The notes under the pieces are model-generated. The model was not told the origin of the DNA. It did no database searches and saw nothing but the letters and a program-made list of their open reading frames with translations. Of a stretch of 64,000 bases of DNA, positions 55,729-64,000 are shown in pieces. A program made the position numbers and the translations under genes. The DNA comes from Octopus vulgaris (lineage: Eukaryota), in the NCBI GenBank assembly GCA_951406725.2, contig OX597817.1:54932001-54996000 (forward strand), given 5' to 3'. Position 1 is the first letter of the stretch. Every line of letters starts with the position of its first letter.

Positions 55729-56502
55729 CCCCCACACACACGCACATATATACACAAACAGATATATATATATGTATGTATGTATATAAACTGGGTTTAT
55801 CTTAGGTTTCCGGACTTTGTTACAAACATTCTACTGCGTTACTTCATATATGTATGTATGTACGTACGTATGTATGTATGTATGTATGTATGTATGTATG
55901 TATGTATGTATGTATGCGGTGTGTGTAGGCCTGTGTGTGTCTGCTGCTGTTTTTACCAATAACGTCAAAAGCAATGACATTAACGCCAATACCAAATACA
56001 ACAACAACAAGACAAACAACACAGACATAATCTGGGGATTAAGCATGTAATGTCTGATGTTTAATTGTTTCAGGTCAGTCGTAAATCCTCGGAGTATTAA
56101 TGCTGGTGGGGGAGACGGGAGGCAAATGGTGCGGAGTGGGGGAAACGGAAGTGGGGATAACGAAGCCGAGGGAGCAGGTTGGGAAGAGTAGACCGGGGAG
56201 CAGATTCTAGAATATTGGTCAAGAGAAAGAGACGATTAGATACGAGAAAGAAAGAGAGAGAGAGAGAGGGAGGGAGAGAGAGCGATTGCTTAACTGAGGT
56301 TAAGCCTCTAGCGAGACGTAGATTAGTGAAGATTTGTGATGAGATAAACTCTCTATCTGTAAGTCTTTCTATATGTCTGCGTGTTGTTGGCGTGCGCACG
56401 TTCTTGTGGAAGTCTGTTGGTTTGTATGTGTATGTATAGGCATAGCTCTTACTATTCTGTGCTCATAACTTTGGTAAGTGGCGGCAATAATATCTGTGTA
56501 AC

Positions 56503-56544
<42 letters not shown>

Positions 56545-56554
56545 ATTATACACG

Positions 56555-56585
<31 letters not shown>

Positions 56586-56602
56586 GTATGTATGTACATA
56601 TG

Positions 56603-56642
<40 letters not shown>

Positions 56643-57189
56643 CATATTCATACATAAATTTGTGTAAAACAGATAACGTACATATAACGTACATAAACAT
56701 GTGTGGGAATGTATATGTGAGTATGTGTTGCGTGTGTATTCTTAAATGTATAAATATGGTCACACTCACATGTATGTGCTGAATTAGAGACGCAGAGACG
56801 TGTAAACCTAACAATCGGCATTGTAATTCATGGAACTGAAATACGAAATCACTAAGTTTTCTATAATTAATTTAAAATCAACCAGATCTATGAATCTATG
56901 TCTGGTTAAATACACAGGAAAAGAGGATCGGGAGTCATCATTATTTAATGTCAGAATATAGGGAACATAACCCTGTATTCTCTTGACGATGCAAAATTCT
57001 TTATTTATCGACACAAGTATGACAGGGAAATATTGACGTCGGTGGCATTTGAACACAGAGTGCGGAGAAAAGGATCAAAAACTGTATGGAAGTCTATGTG
57101 AAATTATTATGGTTGTTTGAATACAACGACTAATCCACATATATATTCTTTTAAACATTTGTACACACATTCATATGTAGATGAGTATA

Positions 57190-57231
<42 letters not shown>

Positions 57232-57348
57232 CTTGTGTTTCTATGTGTGTGTTGGGGTGTATGTATAAATACATTAAGTCAAAGTGGAATTCATTGTATT
57301 ACATGTAATGCTTTGATTACGCCCGTTTCGACACTACAACAAGGAATT

Positions 57349-57758
57349 ATTCCGGGTTCAATCTCACTGCTTAGCTGCTTGGGCAAGTGTCTTCTACTAT
57401 AGCCTCGGGCCGACTAAAGCCTTGTGAGTGGATTTGGTAGACGGAAACTGAAAGAAGCCTGTCGTATATATGTATATATATATATGTATGTATATATTGT
57501 GTGTCCCCCAACATCGCTTGACAACCGATGCTGGTGTGTTTATGTCCACGTAACTTAGCGGGCCGGCAAAAGAGACCGGCATGTATATATACATGCGCAG
57601 GAGTGGCTGTGCGGAAAGTAGATTGCTTACCAACCAAATGGTTCCTGGTTCAGTCCTACTCTGCGGTACTTTGGGAATGTTTCTTCTCCTATAGCCACGG
57701 GCTGACCAAATCCTTGTGAGTAGCTTTGGTAGACGGAAACTGAAAAGATGTCCGTCGT
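57349..57758 (+). mobile_element. Two partial SINE family B copies in tandem
   Basis: 57349-57580 body; 57594-57758 new head GCGCAGGAGTGGCTGTGCGG. Confidence 0.82.
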
Positions 57759-57892
57759 GTGTGTGTGAGTGTGTGTTTGTGTGTGTGTATGTATGTGTAT
57801 AGGGGGTTAAGATGGTCAGCAGCTTTTGTTTTTGTCTGTTACAATGCCACTGAGGTCAAATAAGTCACCGATTGTTTAAAGCATCCGTTAAA

Positions 57893-58015
57893 TATTCTTT
57901 TCTACTCTAGGTACAAGGCCCAAAATTTTGAGGGGAGGGAGCCAGACGATTAGATCGACCCCAGTACACAAGTGCTACTTAATTTATCGTCCTCCAAAGG
58001 ATGAAGTCGACTTCG
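57893..58015 (-). mobile_element. SINE family A 3' part (alternative tail)
   Basis: TTCTTTTCTACTCTAGGTACAAGGCCCAAAATTTTG...GATTAGATCGACCCCAGTAC. Confidence 0.75.
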
Positions 58016-58099
58016 CAATATTGGGTTAAATATTGGGTCCGGTTTTATTGTGCCTAGAACAGAAAAAAAAAGAAATAATGATATTACATAATTCTTCAA

Positions 58100-58318
58100 G
58101 TCGGCAAGCTGGCAGAATCATTAGGACGTTGTGCAAAAGGCTTCGCGACATATCATCCTTCTCCATGTTCTGTGTTCAAATTCCACCGAGGTCGACTTTT
58201 CATTTTACCAATTCGGTGAACATAAAATAAAAACCATTTGAACACAAGGGTAGATGTAATCGTCTAACCACTTCCACCTGAAATTCCTGGCCTTTCGTCA
58301 AAATTTGAAAGCAATATT
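58100..58318 (+). mobile_element. Degenerate SINE family A
   Basis: GGCAAGCTGGCAGAATCATTAG...GTTCAAATTCCACCGAGGTCGACTTT. Confidence 0.75.
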
Positions 58319-58440
58319 ATATAATACATTTTTAAAATGATATTTTTCTTTTTATATCTTACTATACATTACAATTCGCCAAATAAATATGTCTGGAACA
58401 CTTTACTATCTTTCTGTATTATCATATGCACACAAACAAC

Positions 58441-58489
<49 letters not shown>

Positions 58490-59830
58490 CTTATGTACAC
58501 ACATATACACACACACGTATTCTCTCTCTCATATGCACACATACACTCGCTCATATTTACAATAACCTATATCGTTATATATAAGTTTATGTCCTCAATT
58601 AGAAGCCTCTTTTAAACCCAATTTATACATTTCTCTATCGATGCTGTCTTCTACATATGAAGAAGAGCAAAACTTCCTTGCAAATTTACATTTGTATCTT
58701 CTCTTATTTAATATTGGTGCAATTCCTAGAAAATAAATATACATACTTTTGTATTAGTACAATTCTAAATTGAAACACTTATACGGATATACGGAACGCT
58801 GGAAAATAATTTTTCCACTGGCATACCTTCAGGATATGTTAGCGTATAGATGCAATATACGCTGGAACGTACGTACGTATCTATATATGTATGTATGTAT
58901 GCATGCTTGTATGTATGTATGTATGCATGTTTGTATGTATGTATGTATATATCTATCTCTCTATCAATCTATCAATCTATTTGTGTATAAGTATATAAAT
59001 ATTATAACGGCCTCAAACATAGAAATATCCACTGATATGTATATATGTATATATATGTGTGTGTGTATAAGTATATATATATATATTTGTATATATATAT
59101 ATGTATATATTTTACATATATACATATATACATATATATACATATGTATATATTTATCTATATCTATATATTTATATTTGCATATGTATATATCTATATA
59201 TTTATATATACATATGCATATTTGTATATACTTATATATAATGTATATATATGTGTGTTTGTGCGCGTGTATATTTGACTTTATATATATATTTATATAT
59301 AATAGATATGTGTGTATGAATGTATGTATATACGTATATATGTATATATATATGTATATATATATATATATATATACATCGATGTGTGTATATAGTATGT
59401 GTGGAACTGGTTATATGGAATGTATACTATTTGTTATATTCAATATATTTATTTATAATACCTTCACACGCCCATGCCCTCCACACACACACACACAAAC
59501 ACACACACGCATATAAATACGTTATATACATGCCGCTGTGCGTAAGCATACATTAATATGTATATATCTATAGTGATATTTTGTATACAGAATATCGCTG
59601 CATATATAAATATACATAGATACACCATAACCACACACATACACATATATGCATATATATGAAAAATAATAAATATATTGTACATTATATAATATACATA
59701 TAATATACATTCATACGTACATATATATATATATATATATACATTTATATATAATGTATATCTATTTATATATGAAAATGTACATATACACATATTTATT
59801 AAATATACATACATACATACATATATATAC

Positions 59831-59901
<71 letters not shown>

Positions 59902-60342
59902 CATATTGTTAGGTAATTGAGCAGACTAATATATGATATATATCAGACAAAATATTACTAAAATTTAACAAAGCAACCATAAAAACTACAAGAAAATTAA
60001 AAACCCCAACAAAGGACGGTAATAATATGAAGAAAAAATAAATAAATAATTTCTGAAACTAATAAAATGTAAATTTTATATTTAATAAGTCCGAAGGGAA
60101 TATTGTGGAATATTGTCGGAGCGGGGTGGGGGAGTCATTGAAAGAAAAATGATCGCTTCATATAAGTTTAATTTAATTTGGTGATGTATTTCCATATGTA
60201 ACTATCTCTCGATATATACATACATTCCTATCTATATACATTATACACACACACTCACACACATACACACATATATTTCTTTCTCTCTTCGTAGGTTCAC
60301 ATGCATGCATCCAGACATACATAAATATATACATATACATAT

Positions 60343-60379
<37 letters not shown>

Positions 60380-60933
60380 CTCACACACACACACACATAT
60401 ATATACACACACATAGTATAGCAGTATGTTCTGTGCGTATGTAAGTATCTCTGCATTTATATGTAAATTTGTATGTAAAATTCTTTACATTTACATATGC
60501 CTTCACAAATATATATACACGTATAAAGTCACACAGACGCACAGAAGCACGCACGCAAACACATACATATATAAGATGGATAGCTACCAAGATAGTGTGT
60601 GTGTGTTTGTCTACAATAGATAGAGTCAAATATCTCGAATTGATTGGAAGTTAGAAAGCAAAGAAGTCAATTACGCAGATTGGCTCATATTGCTCGATAA
60701 AACCAGGACAGGTACATGAATAATAATATATTTATTTGTAGACATAATCACGTAGATAAGAAAACAATCTTAAAAATGAGCCACGGAGGGTACCTTTGCG
60801 GTTTAGCTCTACTAACTTAAAACGCGTCACCATATTTCCTTCAAATTTCACTCCATCGTCCTGAAAACATTTGGCGAGGTCATTGATGGAACGCATTTGT
60901 ATATAGTTTGGGAATACTTAAAATTATATAAAA

Positions 60934-61296
60934 CTAGCAGTATCGCCCGGCGTTGCTCGGGTTCGTTTCAAACCTTTAGAATTGGAATTTTCGAAAAGTA
61001 AAACTTTTGCATTACGTAGCTTGTTATTCTCTTTAAGTGAACGTTTATTGGGTTGAGATACACCGAAAAATGGCGACACAGCAGTCAAACAATCATAAAT
61101 AATTGGGATTTTTATAGAAAAAAAGCACCTTTTTGCTGTAAATAATTTTTGGTGTTAACATGGTCAGAGCACGCCTTCTACTATCATACTCTCAATTTTG
61201 GTCAACTTGTGCCGCAGGGTCTCGGAGGAGATAGTGTTAGTTGAAGGCTACCAAACCTGCCATACACAGACAACTTCAGCTTTATATATAGAGAGA
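60934..61296 (-). mobile_element. Non-autonomous Helitron
   Basis: 5' TCTCTCTATATATAAAG; 3' CCCGAGCAACGCCGGGCGATACTGCTAG; A^T target. 3' end shared with 47514-47900. Confidence 0.8.
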
Positions 61297-61626
61297 TTAC
61301 TGTTATATTTCTCGATGGTCATTTTTCTTTTCTTCTTTTCTGTTAAACACACAGGCATTTGTTCATTTTTAACACAATTATTGTATGCTCTTTTGATTCC
61401 ACAGGAAATAACAATAGAGGATAACTTCACATTTACAAACTCATGGCAGAGCATCCTTTTTTTATAAATCTCATCTTGCTTACTTTTATTGTAAGATTTT
61501 TTTTTTTTGGGGGGGGTTATTTTTTTCAATAAGATTCCTGTCCTGAACGAAGCATCTAAAATGTCTGAGAGGTTTTTGATACTTTTATATATAAAAAAAG
61601 TTTACTAGTAATATTAATTTCGAAGA

Positions 61627-62235
61627 AAGGCGGCGAGCTGGCAGAACCGTTAGCACGCCGGGCGAGATGCTTAGAGGTATTTCGTCTGCAAATACGTTCT
61701 GAGTTCAAATTCCGCTGACGTCGACCTTGCCTTTCATCCTTTCGGGGTCGATAAATTAAGTACCAGTTACGCACTGGTGTCGATATAATCGACTTAATCC
61801 GTTTGTCTGTCCTTGTTTGTCCTCTCTGCGTTTAGCCCCTTGTGGGTAGTAAAGAAATAGGTATTTTGTCTACCACTACGTTCTGAGTTCAAATTCCGCC
61901 GAGGTCGAGTTTGCATCTCATCCTTTCGGGCTCGATAAATTAAGTACCAGTGTCGCACTGGGGTCGATATAACCGACTTAATCCGTTTGTCTGTCCTTGT
62001 TTGTCCTCTCTGCGTTTAGCCCCTTGTGGGTAGTAAAGAAATAGGTATTTGTCTACCGCTACGTTCTGAGTTCAAATTCCGCCGAGGTCGACTTTGCCTT
62101 TCATCCTTTCGGAGTCTATTAAATAAGTACCAGTTGCATACTGGGGTCGATGTAATCGACTTAATCCCTTTGTCTGTCCTAGTTTGTCCCCTCTATGTTT
62201 AGCCCCCCCCCTATGAGCAATAAAAAAAAATAAAT
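61627..62235 (+). mobile_element. SINE family A tandem trimer
   Basis: One head followed by three ~183-bp core+tail units joined at AAAGAAATAGGTATTT (61851-61866, 62035-62050). Confidence 0.92.
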
Positions 62236-63157
62236 ATTAACTTCGAAGATTGTTTTCTCAGACGAAGAATTAATTCAGTAGACTGTAAATTAAAGGGTGA
62301 CAGTTCGAATTGAGTTCAAGTCAAATAATTCCTTAGGCAAATATTTAAAAAAAAAAAAATTTTCTCCCAACATTTGCATCATATATACCTTATATCACCT
62401 GCATCGTCCAGACTATCAGATGCAATAAAGTAATGGTCCCGTGGGGCTTCGAAAGGATTCCTGATTGCTCCCTTCTTTTTCGTCTCACGTTAAACTGGTT
62501 TACTGAATTGACTTCCCATGTTCATGGAGGCCTTACTAAGGGCATTCTCGGATAGGTTAGATAGCATTCGTTAATTGTAACTGGCTAGATTTTGTTCCTG
62601 AACATTACATGCCCAGTTCATTGGAACCTAAGTTCGTTTCGAGATCATGGAACTTATAAGTAATGTAAAAATAAAATTACATAGAAAAAAAAGAACAGAA
62701 ATAATCTCGATGTGTTTCCAAACACTAAAATTTATTTCACATTGAAAATAGCAAGAACTTGTTCGTAAACATGAAACCAAAGTATGGGCGGCAGTACAAA
62801 TAGGACGATTTTTCAGGTGTAACCTGTCTACGTGGTGAGATTACTCTGCGAAGCAAATGATGTTGGCTTCATCAAAGTCTAGAAAAATTCATTTGTTTGA
62901 ATGAAATTGTTTTGTGAAAACAAAATTCGACAATTATCCATATATGTGGTTGTGTTTCCTGTATGTACGTACGTATGTAGGTATGTATTTATGTATGCGT
63001 GTATATATATGTCTGTACGTGTATTTATGTATGTGCGTATATCTGTTTAAGTATCTATGTATATACCTAGGTATGTATGTATGTATTTATATATGTGTTT
63101 ATATATATGTGTGTCTGCATGTGATTTTTGATGCTTGTATGTATGTAAATGTATATG

Positions 63158-63217
<60 letters not shown>

Positions 63218-63226
63218 CATATATAA

Positions 63227-63273
<47 letters not shown>

Positions 63274-63384
63274 ATATATACATACATACACACATAATAC
63301 ATATATATATATATATAAATATATATATATATGTATATAATATACATATATTAATACATACATATATATATATATTAATAAGTA

Positions 63385-63437
<53 letters not shown>

Positions 63438-63649
63438 TAAGTATGAACACGTCAGAGTAAAAGAGAATGGGAAAGAGAGAAATATACACAAACATATATG
63501 GAAATGTATACATAAATACATATACTCTTAAATAGACAGACAGACAGACAGACCGATGGTTAGATAGATTGGTAGATTGATTGATAGGTAGTTAGATAGA
63601 GAGATAGACAGATAGACAGACAGATAGATAGATAGACTGATAGATAGAC

Positions 63650-63704
<55 letters not shown>

Positions 63705-64000
63705 GAGACAGATAGATAAATATAATTTATGAAGAATTATGAGGAAATGGAAATATATGATAACAAAAACATTAAATTCTAAATGGGAATTTTGGAAGAA
63801 GAGAAAGTGGGACGAAGACAAAGAGAGTAGGAGAGAAAGAATAATACCAAGAGCGTAGATAAATAGAGAAGTATAGGTCTTCGAGAGCGAGGGGGAGAGC
63901 GGAGAGAGAAAGAGAGAGAGAGTGGGAGATAAGTGGAGGAGAGAGAGAGAGAGAGATAGGCAAAAGGAATATAATATGAAAATATAATTAGTGGTGAAAA

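Noticed and set aside
61627-62235. CRISPR-like or satellite array
   Set aside because: The units are ~183-bp SINE bodies with no unique spacers, there are no cas genes, and the context is eukaryotic.

Overview
AT-rich, microsatellite-saturated animal intronic/intergenic DNA with no convincing host protein-coding gene. The SINE types, Dong/R4, Hero, Penelope and mariner content and the extreme (TA)n/(AAT)n/(TAGA)n density suggest a coleoid cephalopod such as Octopus (inference). Nearly all supplied ORFs are microsatellite translation artefacts. Real coding signal comes only from decayed transposons: three R4/Dong LINE pieces inserted in (TAA)n, Hero-like, CR1-like and Tx1/L1-like LINE fragments, Penelope GIY-YIG remnants and three mariner relics. 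There are also about 30 tRNA-derived SINE copies from several families and two non-autonomous Helitrons. The most striking signal is about 10 minimal or degenerate type I hammerhead ribozyme motifs with palindromic helix III (Penelope type). Two of them lie in a family that fuses a Pol III tRNA-like head, an (AAT)n tract and a hammerhead-containing tail (37784-38747 and 2333-2756), a candidate Penelope-mobilised SINE. Another is a complete U3-A8 variant hammerhead at the centre of a ~375-bp palindrome (50436-50812). All calls were made by eye; no database searches were run.
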